Origin: Octopus sinensis
Taxonomy: Eukaryota
Direction of reading: 5' to 3'
Assembly: GCF_006345805.1 (NCBI RefSeq)
Contig: NC_042998.1
Coordinates: 26,722,001-26,786,000, forward strand
Length of the DNA stretch: 64,000 nucleotides
Each line of letters opens with the position of its first letter. The first letter of the stretch is position 1. Under the pieces are notes generated by a model that had not been told where the DNA came from, made no database searches, and saw only the letters and a program-made list of their open reading frames with translations. A program made the position numbers and the translations under genes. Positions 11,775 through 25,345 of the stretch are shown here, piece after piece.

Positions 11775-12020
11775 GTGCCAGTGGCGTATAAAAAGCACCT
11801 TTTGAGTGTGGTCATTACCAGTTCCCCCTGACTGCTCCCATGTTGGTGGCACATAAAAAGCATCCACTTCATTCTCAGAGTGGTAGGTGTTAGGAAGGGC
11901 ATCCAGCTGTAGAAACCTTGCCAGATCAGATTGGAGTATGGTGCAGCCTCCTGGATTGCCAGTCTTAGTCAAACCATCCAATCCATGCCAGCATGGAAAG
12001 CGGGTATTAAACAATGATGA

Positions 12021-12025
<5 letters not shown>
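11775..12025 (+). mobile_element. RTE-tail repeat family C
   Basis: GCCAGTGGCGTATAAAAAGCACC modules, GGAAGGGCATCCAGCTGTAGAAAC, (GAT)n tail. Confidence 0.8.
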
Positions 12026-12094
<69 letters not shown>

Positions 12095-12229
12095 TATATA
12101 AAAATTTGTGTATATGAATATATATTTATGTATGTTTTATATATATATATATACATATATATATAAACACACACAAATATGTACATATATGTATGTGTAT
12201 ACATATACATTATATATACTTATATATAT

Positions 12230-12300
<71 letters not shown>

Positions 12301-12837
12301 CTTATATATATATACATACATACAAATGTACACGCACACACATACGTTGTATATATATACATCATATATATGTGTGTGTATATTACATATGTGTCTGTGT
12401 TGTATATATCTAGTCAATTCAGATAAACAAATATATACAGACACACACACACATAATATGTATTAATATATATATATATATTATTATCATCAGATACATA
12501 GATATGTTTATATAGACATGTATTTATTTATATAAATAGATAGATATATAGACAGACAGACAGATAGATAGATAGACAGACAGACAGATATATAGATAGA
12601 TAGATAGATAGATAGATACATACATACATACATACATACATACGTATATAGATAGACAGATGTGTGTATATGTGTGCATGTAAATTCTTTTGTGCATATG
12701 TGTATACATCTTCATTCATGCACATACACACACAGAAATAGAGTCCTGTAAATGTACACTTGCCAAGACACATGTAGACACAAGCATGCATATACACTTC
12801 CATGGGCGTATACATGTGAATATATGTACACATAATC

Positions 12838-13060
12838 AGTGCAGGGCCTGGCAATCCTCATGAGTAATCATGTATCATTTCGTGTGCATAATACTATGAT
12901 GAGAACAGCAATGCACAAGCAATTGGCTGGTTGGATACTTGAGACCGATCGGCAGATAAAAGTACAGCATGTTAGTCCTGTGGGGGATGCTTGCTCTCAG
13001 CCACCTGTACTTTTGTGACATAGCATCTAACTAAGAGCAGAGCTCAAAGCAATCCAATGC
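12838..13060 (+). pseudogene. Decayed internal CR1-group ORF2 fragment
   Basis: GLAILMSNHVSFRVH..KQLAGWILET..LVLWGMLALSHL matches DLGIDMSNDASFQMH..RRLAGWILRT..MVLWKTFVLSRL of the 25346 ORF. Confidence 0.72.
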
Positions 13061-13077
13061 TTAGTTACTCTCCCTCT

Positions 13078-13470
13078 TTACCCTTTTACTTGTTTCAGTC
13101 ATTTGACTGTGGCCATGCTGAAGCACTGTCTTTAGTCAAAGAAATCGGCCCCAGGACTTATTCTTTGTAAGCCTAGTACTTATTCTATTGGTCTCTTTTG
13201 CCAAAGCGCTAAGTTACAGGGACATAAACACACCAGCATCGGTTGTCAAGCAATGTTGAGGGGACAAACAGACACACAAACATATTTACACACATACATA
13301 CATATATATATGTACACACACACACACACACACACAATGGGCTTCTTTCAGTTTCTGTCTACCAAATCCACTCACAAGGCTTTGGTTGGCGCTAGAAGTC
13401 ACTAGCCCACGGTGCCACGCAGTAGGACTGAACCCAAAACCATGTGGTTGGGAAGCAAGCTTCTTACCAC
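13078..13470 (-). mobile_element. SINE family A
   Basis: Reverse complement of family A. Confidence 0.85.
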
Positions 13471-14599
13471 ACTACCACGCATGCATCATTTTATAGTTTA
13501 GAGATTTTAGTGATGTGATTTTTTAGTTTCAGAATGATATTGTAGGCTTGAGGTAAGAGATCTGATCTGGTCACTTTCAATATAAAAACAGGTTAAGCAT
13601 TTTGATCAGAAAAGGCCAGTTTGAATGCTAAAGGGTTAATAATACACTGGATATTAATTTTGATTCCCTAATTATCATACTTAGTAGTTACCTAGTAAAA
13701 CTTACAAGTTTTGAATAGCTTATGATCATAATTAATTAGGAATTCATTTTTCTTTGTTAAGTGAGTATCATTCGCTAATGATATTTTGATAAATTCATAT
13801 GTACACAACTGACCTTGGCATCAATCACCTGTGTCTTTAATACTTTATTTGGTCATAAAAATCAATATAATTCTTGATCTGAAATTCCAAGAGTTTCTGC
13901 TAATGAAGTTGAATGCTTCAATTTACAATTAATGAATGTTTATGTGTCGAGAATATACTTTTGAAGGTATTCAAAATAGATCTGATGTGCTATCTACTTT
14001 TATGGATAAGGACCTTACATCTATAAACTATATTTTGCCTTGGTCAATTTTCATTAAGAGGACACGCCTTAGCTATTCTACAATTACATATATGTAAATT
14101 AATGCAAGTAAGAGTAGCAGTTAGGGATGCAGAATTGTGATAGATGTATCATATATGTTATCTCATTCTAATGATGCGTACATTTTATGCTTATAACTAT
14201 CACTACCCTACTGGTAGTACTATTATTACCACAAGTTCACTAGGTAGACGTAAGCACTCAAAATTAATCCTTTTAATAATAGCAGTATTATTCATACTAG
14301 TTTCATTATCATTTTGTTCAGTCAGTGAATGGTTATTAGCAATAGATATATAGATATAATTGTTTCAATATTATTGCAGTGATACTGGGCAAAATTCCAA
14401 TCCTTGTTAATAACATTATTATTAGAATGAATAGATGTATTTTTATTTTGCTTCAATTATTGTTATTTTTGGAGTCTAGGTTAAGTTCATGAAGGTGATA
14501 TTATCTGCTTCAGTTAGAGTAATAAACTTTGACAGTGAGGTCATTGAAAATTTGGTGATATTTATGTTGAGGTGAACTGTTTTTTTCCAAGTATTTCAA

Positions 14600-14970
14600 C
14601 AAAGTGGCTGTGTAGTAGGAAGCTTGCTCCCCAACCACATGGTTCCAAGTTCAGTCCCACTGCGTGGCACCTTGGGCAAGTGTCTTCTACTATAGCTTCG
14701 GGCTGACCAAAGTCTTGTGAGTGGATTTGGCAGGCAGAAACTGAAAGAAGCCCATCGTATATGTGTGTGTGTTTGTCCCTCCACTATCGCTTAACAACTA
14801 ATGTTGGTGTGTTTACATCTCTGTAACTTAGCAGTTTGGCAAAAGGGACTGATAAAATAAGTACTAGGTTTACAAAAACCTAAGTCCTGGGGTCAATTTG
14901 TTCGACTAAAGGCGGTGCTCCAGCATGGCCACAGTCAAATGACTGAAACAAGTAAAAGAATAAAAGAACA
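14600..14970 (+). mobile_element. SINE family A
   Basis: Full head-to-tail copy. Confidence 0.85.
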
Positions 14971-15039
14971 TGTTAATTTTTACTTGTAATGATTAGGAGG
15001 GATTTTTTTTCTTTCTTTCTTTCTTTCTCTTCTCCAGAC

Positions 15040-15227
15040 ACAAATGTGCTGAGAGGAAACTGATTACTTGAGGAATCAGTTGAAATGTTGATGAGAAGTG
15101 GGTGAAAAAGTGCTTGGAGATTCATGCGAAAGGAACCAGTGGAAGAGAGTGAGATCAAGGAAATCAAGGTGGAAGTAGTGAGGGTTGATCTTGCGAAGCT
15201 GAAATTCAGAGGAGATGACAAAGAAAT
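15040..15227 (+). pseudogene. Decayed RTE-clade ORF C-terminal fragment
   Basis: DEKWVKKCLEIHAKGTSGR / VEVVRVDLAKL resembles RTE WVKKC...GRGRPRKTWxEVVxxDL. Confidence 0.6.
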
Positions 15228-15307
15228 GTAAGTGGTTGGTTTCTTTTTGGAAGAAGTCCCCATTCAACTCATGCACGCAAAAACATATATAAATATGATG
15301 ATAATAG

Positions 15308-15706
15308 GTGTAGGAGTGGCTGTGTAGTAAGTAGCTTGCTTACAAACCGCATGGTTCCAGGTTCAGTCCCACTGTGTGGCACTATTGGCAAGTGTCTTCT
15401 ACTATAGCCTCGGGCCGACCAAAGCCTTGCGAGTGTATTTGGTAGACGGAAACTGAAAAGAAGCCTGTCTTATATATGCATAAATATATATGTATGTGTG
15501 TCTGTGTTTGTCCCCCAACATCGCTTGACAACTGGTGCTGGTGTGTTTACATCCCCGTAACTTAGCGGATCAGCAAAAGAGACCGATAGAATAAGTACCA
15601 GGCTTACAAAGAATAAGTCCTGGGGTCGATTTGCTCAACTAAAGGCGGTGCTCCAGCATGGCCGCAGTCAAATGACTGAAACAAGTAAATGAGTAAAAGA
15701 GTAAAA
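15308..15706 (+). mobile_element. SINE family A
   Basis: Full copy. Confidence 0.88.
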
Positions 15707-15939
15707 GATTATAATGATACTGATGGGACAATAGGCTTCTCCACAGTTTCCAGTTACCAATTTATCTCATGAGTCATTTGTCAGACCATGTCTTTGGTTG
15801 AAGAGACTTGCCCAGTACCCTATGCAATGAAACTTAACACCACACAACTTACTTCTGAAGGGTTCCTCTTAATCACACACCCATTCTTGTTCTTCACATA
15901 TTTATATGTATGTTTTATATATATGTATATATATACACA

Positions 15940-16262
15940 TATTCTTTTATTATGTTACTCATTTCAGCCATGTGGCTGCAGTAATGCTGGAGCATCACCG
16001 TGGTCTTTCTGATTTTCTCAGACTGTATGTACCTTTGTCCCAGCTGTTGGTACATTTGGTGTATAAGGGAGTTTGGTTCTGCTGCCCTTGTCTGCACCTC
16101 TTGTTGGGCTGTTGGTTCATCTGGAATTGTGGAGAGGAGAATGTGTAGTTCCATTTTGAAGACATCTATTTCTACTTTATGCAGATTTCTTAATTTTTAT
16201 GACAGGGCATTGAAGAGCCGTGGGCCTTTGAACCCTAGACTATTGTAGTACCTGGTCCTGAA
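15940..16262 (-). mobile_element. CR1-group LINE 3' fragment (third subfamily)
   Basis: KFRTRYYNSLGFKGPRLFNALS*..IPDEPTAQQEVQTRAAEPNSL aligns to the ORF2 C-terminus; tail hairpin present. Confidence 0.88.
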
Positions 16263-16316
16263 TTTATAAATATATATTATGTATATATAGTGCTCCTTTA
16301 TATGTGTGTGTGTATA

Positions 16317-16529
16317 CAGGGTTGGCCAAAAGTCACTTGGCAGTAAATCAAAATTTTGTCTTGACTCAAATGGAAAAATGGTGTCGCTCAAGAAAGACTT
16401 CAGTTTGAACAATTTTCATGATGTTTCATATTTAGATGCTTTTATTAAATTTATTCAGTTGTTAAACATAAAAAAATCTTGGAATTAAATGGTCCTGATT
16501 TACTGTCAAGTGACTTTTGGCCAACCCTG
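16317..16529. mobile_element. Tc1/mariner-type MITE
   Basis: About 34-bp TIR CAGGGTTGGCCAAAAGTCACTTGGCAGTAAATCA / TGATTTACTGTCAAGTGACTTTTGGCCAACCCTG; TA on the left. Confidence 0.88.
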
Positions 16530-16555
16530 TCCATCCATCTGTCTATATATATATA

Positions 16556-17634
16556 TCTATATATATAAAACTCAACTTGTGTGTCTGTGTGTTTAACTTC
16601 CCGGCACATCTCCTCCTAGCCAACAAATCGTAGAACCACCAAAAATGGGTCACTTAAAGTTTAGGCGAATGAAAATTGAACTGTGCTATTTCTGTTCCGA
16701 AATTCATCTCGCAAGTGCAAAAATCGATAATGTGTTTGTTTAGGCCTTATCCCATGCATTGAATAGTGAACGTTACTCCATCAGCTGTTTGACGTGAACT
16801 GTGTCCACCATGCGTGCAAGCATGCGTTTATTGCATGAAAAATAAAAAATCAAGATATAAAAACGAGTCACCATAAACATTGTAGAAATTCGGCAAAGAA
16901 ATGAATTTTCAGGATGTAGCCTGGAGGGTTTTTTCATATTAATCATTTGGACTTTGTGAACACATACCAATTGTTTTCATAACATTTTCAATGCTTTGAA
17001 TTAAATATGACCATTTTGCATTGAGTCTGCAGTTTAAATCACTTTAACCAAATTTTAGCAGGCCGGATTTTTGACCATCACGATACATCGCCAGCAACTC
17101 CCTGAAACTCTCCCCTGAAATTCCCGTTGAGAAATCTCTATATATAAAACTCAACTTGTGTGTCTGTGTGTGTATCTGTCTGTGTAATTAACTTTTGGAT
17201 CTACCAAGTTTCATTATTAAGGATGGAAAGTAGTGTGTAGCAAATCTATATATATAAAGCTGAAGTTATCTGTGTGTGACAGGTTTGGTAGCCTTCAACT
17301 AACACTATCTCCTTCGAGACCCTGCAGTGCAAGTTGACCAAAATTGAGAGTATGATAGAAGAAGACTTGCTCTTCATTCTGTAGAAGATAAAATTCAAAT
17401 CAGACCATGTTAACACCAAAAATTATTTACATCAAAAAGGTGCTTTTTTTTCTATGAAAATCCCTATTTTTTACGATTTTTGTTTGCTGTGTCACCATTT
17501 TTCGGTGTATTTCAACTGGAAAAATGTTCACTTGAAGAGAATAACAAGCTATATAATGCAGAACTTTTACTTTTCAAAAATTCCAATTCTAAAGGATCGA
17601 AACAAACCCGAGCAACAACAGGTGATACTGCTAG
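16556..17634 (+). mobile_element. Stacked non-autonomous Helitron-like elements
   Basis: TC(T)ATATATATAAA starts at 16556, 17135 and 17245; end CCCGAGCAAC..GGTGATACTG-CTAG followed by T at 17635. Confidence 0.6.
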
Positions 17635-17739
17635 TATATATAATATATATATTATATATATATATATATATAACCAACAACTTGTGAGTAAATTCGGTAG
17701 AGGGTAACTGTGCTGAAGCCCATCAAATATGCACGGACG

Positions 17740-18522
17740 TGTGTGAGTGTCTAAATGCCCATGTTTGTGTGTGTGTGTCTACATGTTCATATTTGTGCAT
17801 GTCTGTGTGAGTGCCTACATGTTCATGTGTGTACATGTGTCCCCTCATGTTCATGTTTGTGCATGTCTGTGTGTCTACATGTCCATGTTTGTGTGTGTGT
17901 CTACACGTTCGTGTTTATGCATGTGTGTCTGTGTGAGTGTCTACATGTTAACATGTGTGTCTGTGTGTGTGTCTACATATCCATGTTTGTGAGTGTGTTT
18001 GTGTGTGTCTACATGTTCATGCTTGTGTGTGTGTGTGTGTGTGTGTGTCTGTGTGAGTGTCTACATCTTCACATGTGTGTGTGCGTGTGTCTACATATCC
18101 ATGTTTGTGAGTGTGTGTGTCTACATGTTCATGCTTGTGCGTGTGTGTCTGTGTGAGTGTCTACATGTTCACATGTGTGTGTGCATGTGTGTCTCTGTGT
18201 GTGTGTGTCTACATATCCATGTTTGTGAGTGTGTGTGTCTACATGTTCATACTTGTGCATGTGTGTCTGTGTGAGTGTCTACATGTTCACATGTGTGTAT
18301 GCGTGTGTCTCTGTGTGTGTATCTACATATCCATGTTTGTGAGTGTGTGTGTGTGTGGGTCTACATGTTCATGTTTGTGTGCGTGTGTGTCTGTGTAAGT
18401 GTCTACATGTTCACGTCCGTGCTTGTGTGTGTGTGTGTGTGTCTACATATCCATGTTTGTGAGTGTGTGTGTGTCTGTGTGAGTGTCTACATGTTCACGT
18501 CCGTGCTTGTGTGTGTGTGTGT
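17740..18522. repeat. Complex GT-rich minisatellite (alternating GTCTACATGTTCA / GTCTACATATCCATG modules)
   Basis: More than 20 GTCTACA anchors spaced about 30-40 nt apart. Confidence 0.9.
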
Positions 18523-18960
18523 AGTCAAGTAGTTGCATGTCAAAACAGGGAGATACATATTTTTGGAATGCGTAAAGAAGATATACGCATGCACTCACGT
18601 CTAATTGCAAGTTGATATAATTATGTGCATATTTGGTGCTATCAATACAAATCAATGATTGTACAAGAATATACACAGAGACCATTCACTTCAGGCTGTT
18701 TATTTCAATGCATAATGGATGTGTGATTATTCTATGCTTGTAATAAATGCAGGTCTGTAAATGTAAAAACAGGGATACGATAAAATGAATGGTGAGAATA
18801 TGCATGGAGCAGAAATGGTGCGGAATTATGAATAAAAGGGGGTACACTGAAAAGATAGAATTAGTCCAGAGTTATTTGAAAAGCTTACTTGATAAATAAA
18901 TATTAATTTAGCAATGTATTTACTATATTTGTTAAGAAGTGGTTATATATGTACATATGC

Positions 18961-18992
<32 letters not shown>

Positions 18993-19169
18993 GTATATAA
19001 ACACATGCATATACATATATATGTGTGTATAGATATATATATATATACATACAGACATGTATATACATACACATATATACATGTATATACACACACACAT
19101 ATATATACATATATACATATGTATATACATACACACACATATATACATATGTATATACATACACACACC

Positions 19170-19203
<34 letters not shown>

Positions 19204-19630
19204 CATACGTACATATAAATATAAAAGAATGATATTATCCCTAAAAATAATGTTAGTGGCCTATATGCCTATACATACACACACACAAACACATGCTTTC
19301 TCTCTCTCTCACACACACACAAAGCTGTAAAGGAAAATTTATTAAAAATGGAAAATCAAGAATTACCATCAAACTTAAAGAAAAAATGAAGATTAGTGGC
19401 AAAGAATATTCTTTTTTAATAAATTGGATACATTCCGAAACTTATTGACAAAGCTTTTTGAAATTGTGTGCTGATAACAAAAATCCAAATTAACCATTCC
19501 TTCTTTTTGTATGTCACATGCTTGTCTATAGTTCTACATGTGTGAATGTATAACATGCATGCTTATATAAGTGTGTGCACATGCATATAACATGTGTGTG
19601 TGTGTATTTGTGTGGGTGTATGGCTTAGTA

Positions 19631-19767
19631 CAGTGGTTCCCCACCGGTGGTCTAAAAGGGGGTCCTTGAACATGTTAAACAGGCAGACCTTTCAATATCC
19701 TGGGGTCAGTGGGAAAACTCATTTAAATAAAAGGGGCCCTTGGCAGTGAAATGGTTGGGGACCACTG
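19631..19767. mobile_element. hAT (Charlie-like) MITE
   Basis: TIR CAGTGGTTCCCCACC / GGTTGGGGACCACTG; 8-bp TSD GCTTAGTA / GCCTAGTG. Confidence 0.8.
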
Positions 19768-20072
19768 GCCTAGTGGTTAGCCGGGGCATATTTTTCGGGT
19801 GTTCTAGGTGTGTGCTGCAGGCCCATTGAAAATGGCAAGTTGATTATAAATATTAGCCTTACTCATTAATTTAATCATAAATCTTAATAGAAAGCTTTTG
19901 TTAAACCTGTTTGAAATTTAGTGGCATTGCTAATCATTGACTATTCCATGTACTTAAAACATTTTCAGATTTTGTTTCACTTTCCCAAGTTTTGCTTCCT
20001 CACCCTCTATACACACACACACACATATATGTATACATATGTATATGTATCTGTCTATCTACCTATCTATCA

Positions 20073-20115
<43 letters not shown>

Positions 20116-20144
20116 CATATGTATGTATGTATGCATGCATGCAT

Positions 20145-20530
20145 GGTGTATGTATGTCATTGTTCAGTTTTATTTCAAGATTTCTTGCCAATAAAGAACC
20201 GGTTTCTAACCTAGATCCAAGGCACCTTCATCAGAATTTCAACATCAACAGTATGGTATTTTTCTTTGTATGTATGTATGTTTATGTGCAGATTTGTATG
20301 TTTTGTTTTATGTACGTATTCTCATGCATATAGTCGCATATCTAGACATGTTCATATATATTTAAATGATAAACTTCTAAAAAATTTTGCAGATTTTTAA
20401 AGTTCCAGTGATGGATTGGATCCATAGTCTTCAAATTAGTTTTCTGCTTATGTATGTATGAATGCACGTCATTATTCAATTTATTTCAAGAATTCTTGCC
20501 AATAGAGAAAGAACTGGTTTCTAACCTATT
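20145..20530 (-). mobile_element. Penelope-like pseudo-LTR tandem with degenerate hammerhead (20198-20234)
   Basis: About 70-bp direct repeat at 20145-20215 and 20455-20530; reverse complement CTGATGA...GAAACCGGTT. Confidence 0.45.
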
Positions 20531-21295
20531 CGTGTATGTATGTATGTATACACACATACACCATAGTTTCTTAAGAATAAAAGAACACATTCAACAACAC
20601 AGTCCTAGATACACTAAGCCTGGAAAAAAACTGAATCATCATAAGTGAAATACCTTTAATCAGAGGCCTGCTCAGTTAGGGTTGTACCTTTGTAGAGATA
20701 AACTTTTTGGGTGCTAAGTCTGCACACCTTCTTCACCACTACCTGCACCCCATACACACACATGCAAACATATGTTCGATGAAACCAAGCAATGTGAACG
20801 GAAATTGATTTAATTGGATGGAAACAGTACAGAACCCATTTGGATCAACAATACATGTGATTCAAACCTCAACCATATCTCTCTCTCTCTCTCTATCACA
20901 CACGCCCACCCACAAAAAGACTGGTTGACTCTTACTGAATATCACATTACCATTACAAGCATTTGTGGAACACTTACAACTTAACACAGTGACTGGATGA
21001 GTGAATGAGAAGACAGTTCCATTGATCAAACAACTCGAACACACACACATCAAAGCTGACACACTGACATACCAACACAAGTGTGTGTGAGAGCATATGT
21101 ATGTGTGTGTGTGTGCACACATATATATATATAAGCACACACACACACACACACACACATGCATATATATATGTATATGTATATATATATATGTATATAT
21201 ATATGTGTATATATGAAAATATATATATGTATATATATGTGTATATATATATATGTATATATATGTGTATATATATATATGTATATATATGTGTG

Positions 21296-21326
<31 letters not shown>

Positions 21327-21374
21327 ATATATATATGTGTGTGTGTGTGTATATATATATGTATGTGTGTGTGC

Positions 21375-21408
<34 letters not shown>

Positions 21409-21576
21409 AAATACACACACACACAAGAGTTAAGGAATGGAATACATAAGATCCAGACTACATATACTACATAGCGAGCGGAACCTCAGAAGTGGTAAAT
21501 ATCCAAGCGAGGTATTTTTTATATTTACTACAGATTGCTTGGAGCTGACTTTCTTCCTATACCATGACCCTTAGAT

Positions 21577-21611
<35 letters not shown>

Positions 21612-21813
21612 TACTCATATAGGATAAAATTTTTTTCAGAAAAAATTTTCATCGAAAGTGGCAGCATATTAAAATACCTTTAAAGGTTAAAATTATAAAC
21701 ACCTTATAAACAAAGGCAAAAAGAAAATTATTTCTATGCCAATATGCTGAGAACAGACTTTAAATCGTCAATTTCCACATTTCATTATACATTCACTATA
21801 GATACTCGTGCTG

Positions 21814-21853
<40 letters not shown>

Positions 21854-23275
21854 GTGTCATATAACTGGCACCTGTGCAGGTGACACATAAAAGGCACCTT
21901 TCAAGCATTGAGCCTTTTCAATGTTGAGCCTCACAGCGGCAATGACCGAGACCTTTGGCATTGCGTCATGCTTGAGAAGAAGATCCATCAAACCAAGTAA
22001 AATCAGTTGTGGAAGATACGGGTGCCACACAAATGGCACGTAAAAGCATCCATTACACCCTTGGAGTGTTCGGCATCAGGAAGGGCATCCAGCCGTAGAA
22101 ACTATGCCAAAAGTGACTGGAGTCTGGTGCAGCCTTCCAGCTTGCCAGGCTTTTTTCAGTTTCCATCTACAAAATCCAAGATGCTAAGCAGTGGGACTCA
22201 ACCCAGAACCATGTGGTTGAGAAGCAAGATTCTTACCACACAGCCACACTGGTGCCTATGTAAAATGTTAGAGAAAAAATCGTAGCATTTTCTTGCAATA
22301 AATATACTGACAGCAAAATTTTTACATGGACCCTTAAAATACTACTGTGGATCCCTAACTTACTATTTTGCTAGTGTGGACCCTCAAAAATCTTATATGG
22401 ACCCCAGTTGAGAATGGTTGAATTAGATTATGAAAAAAAAAGTAACAATGTTTGTACAATGATTCAGGGAAGATGGAATATAGTTACGAATAGATAAAAG
22501 GGATTTAAAATGGTGAGGATGATGTCAGCATCATCCTCACCATTTTAAATCCCATTTAAACAGAAATAACAGAGGAGATAATGATGATGACAATGATGAT
22601 GATGGTGATGGTGGTGGTGGTGGTGATGCTGGCGATGACAACAGAACAAATCTGATGACAGTGTGACATTCTTTTTGAATGTCAGTATTTTCATATTTAT
22701 AATATCAGGTGGAATTCTCTCACTCTTTATTGAAGGTTTGAGATTTTTTTTTTTGTCTTTCCTTTCCTTGCCTGTTACTGACAACTGATGTCTCAAACTC
22801 ATTACTTGAAGGCATTGTGAGAAAACTAATCATGTCAAGGCTAATTATTTGAAAGGTGACGATGGACGTATTCATGATTAGATTTGTTGAAATATTCAGT
22901 GTTTCATACGAGATGAAGAAGTTTAACTTTTGAGATGGGAAAATCGCATTTACGAGAGAGTAACTGGAATACTGAAGTGAAATGAAAATCAAATAAACTG
23001 CTTAATATAGGCAACGAACAAGTGAAAGTAGAAATTACGAAAAAGCAAAAAGGCATTAAATATTAAACCAAACATGTTTAATTATAAAAATATTAAAATT
23101 CATAAACGAGATTTTATTGAAAAGGATCAATAATTTGAAAATGAAAATAGATATTTTGGGGTTTTCTACCAAGAGGAAATACCAAACATGTTAGATTGAA
23201 CCCTTCATCTTTAGAAATTTTTAATATTTTGGGCAGATTCCCTAAGCTGGAGACATTTATCAGAAGCTGACTTAA

Positions 23276-23496
23276 CTCTTTAGCATTTAAACCGGCCATA
23301 TCCGGCCAAAAGTATTCTGCCTGTTTTATGTCCAAACAGGCCAGATCTGGTCTCTCACACCAACCCTACAATATCATTTTAAAAATGAACAGCTACCTCA
23401 TCAAAATCTCATAGCTACAAGATAATGCATGATTAGTTCAAAACAATGTGGATAAAAAAGCATTAATTTTGGTAGAATAACGCGAACACTAAAGGG
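23276..23496. mobile_element. TTAA-flanked (piggyBac/Kolobok-like) MITE family 2
   Basis: TTAA-CTCTTTAG...CTAAAGGG-TTAA; homologues at 37189, 55266, 62031. Confidence 0.8.
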
Positions 23497-23524
23497 TTAA
23501 ACAATGGAGCAAATGGAAATTGGA

Positions 23525-23970
23525 AACATGGCTGTGTGGTAAGAAGCTTGCTTCCCAACCACATAGTTCTGGGTTCAGTCCCACTATGTGGAACCTTGGG
23601 CAAGTGTCTTCTATTATAGCCATAGGCTGACCAAAACCTTGTGAGTGGATTTGGTAGACAGAAACTGAAAGAAGCCTGTCTCACACACACACACACACAT
23701 GCATATATATATCTTTTACTTGGTTCAGTCATTTGACTGCGACCATGCTATATAATATATATATTTATATGCGTGTGTGTGTGTTAGTGTGTGTGCTTGC
23801 TCCCCATTATTTGATAACCAGTGTTGGGGTGTTTACATCCCCATAACTTAGCACAGCAAAACAAACCAATAGAATATGTACCGGACTTTAAAAAATAAGT
23901 ATTGGGGTAGATTCGTTCAAGTAAAAATTCTCCGAGGTGGTGCCCCAGAATGGCCACAATTCAATGACTG
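23525..23970 (+). mobile_element. SINE family A with an inverted tail fragment in its central microsatellite
   Basis: Reverse-oriented tail TTCAGTCATTTGACTGCGACCATGCT at about 23722-23748. Confidence 0.75.
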
Positions 23971-23979
23971 AAACAAGAT

Positions 23980-24195
23980 CATCATCATCATTGTTTAACG
24001 TCCGCTTTCCATGCTGGCATGGGTTGGATGGTTTGAATGAGGACTAGCAAACCAGGAGGCTGCACCAAGTTCCAATCTGATCTGGCAAGGTTTCTACAGC
24101 TGGATGTCCTTCCTAACGCCAACCACTCTGAGAGTGTAGTGGGTGCTTTTTATGCACCACTGGCATGGGGGCCAGTCAGGCAGCACTGGCATCAG
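23980..24195 (-). mobile_element. RTE-tail repeat family C
   Basis: CATCATCATTGTTTAACGTCCGCTTTCCATGCTGGC... Confidence 0.8.
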
Positions 24196-25345
24196 AAAAA
24201 TTAAGAAAATATTAGATATAAAACCAACCACATATATATTAGAGTAAGTTCTTATTACCAAAAATTCAAAAAGAAAACTTTGGAGTAAAAAAGCAAAAAA
24301 AGAAAAAAACAGATATTTTAGGTTTTTCTAAGAAAAAGAAATCAGTGGATGAGTTCTTGATTCTTAAAGGAATGGCAATCAGAGTAAAATATTATAGATC
24401 TCTTTGTCTCTGACTTCTTAATTTTTTTATTTATATTTTACTCTAACAAAAATGTCTGTCTTAATTAAATTGCAATGAAATTCCATTAAAATTAACCAGT
24501 TCCTCAGAAACAGAACAATAATATAAGATATATAAGTATATAAGAAAAACAAACGAAAATAAAACAATGAAAGATCATGAGTTCAATCTGCACCCAAGGA
24601 AATATGTATCTCTAGAAATATGGCTTCTGGAGACGATAAGAAAAATACACTAATCATGATCCATCGTAATTAAAAAGCTAAACAATGGAATAAACAATCT
24701 AATTAATTGTGCTTTTTTTTTTTCGTGTGTAACAAAAGGCATTTTTGAAAAAAATGCTGATACTTATACCGGTAACCTTCATTCATTCTGTTTGGTTTAC
24801 ACAAAGCAATATCGAAAAATTGAGAGCATAATGCTATTACTGCCTGTAGCAAATTCTTACCTCATGAAAATCTAAGGGCCAAATAAGTAAAATAAAATAT
24901 GCATGTGTGTATGTATGTATGTAATATACACATAAATGTATTTGTATGTGCATATATATATATATATATATATAATACACACAAATTATATATATATATA
25001 TATACACACAAATATATATATATATATATACACACAAATATATATATATATTATATATATATATTATATATATACATACACAAATATATATATATATATA
25101 TATATACATATATTATATATATATATATATATATACATACACAAATATATATATATATATATATTATACATACACAAATATATATATATATAATATATAT
25201 ATACATACACAAATATATATTATAATATATCCATATATACATACATATATGTGTGTGTAGCTGTATATATTTAAATTTTCATATATATAATATATATATA
25301 TATACGTGTGTGTGTGTGTGTGTCTAACATAATCATCATTGCTTA

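Noticed and set aside
15038-15227. Apparent + strand exon (CCAG...GTAAGT)
   Set aside because: Stops in all frames; better explained as an RTE fragment
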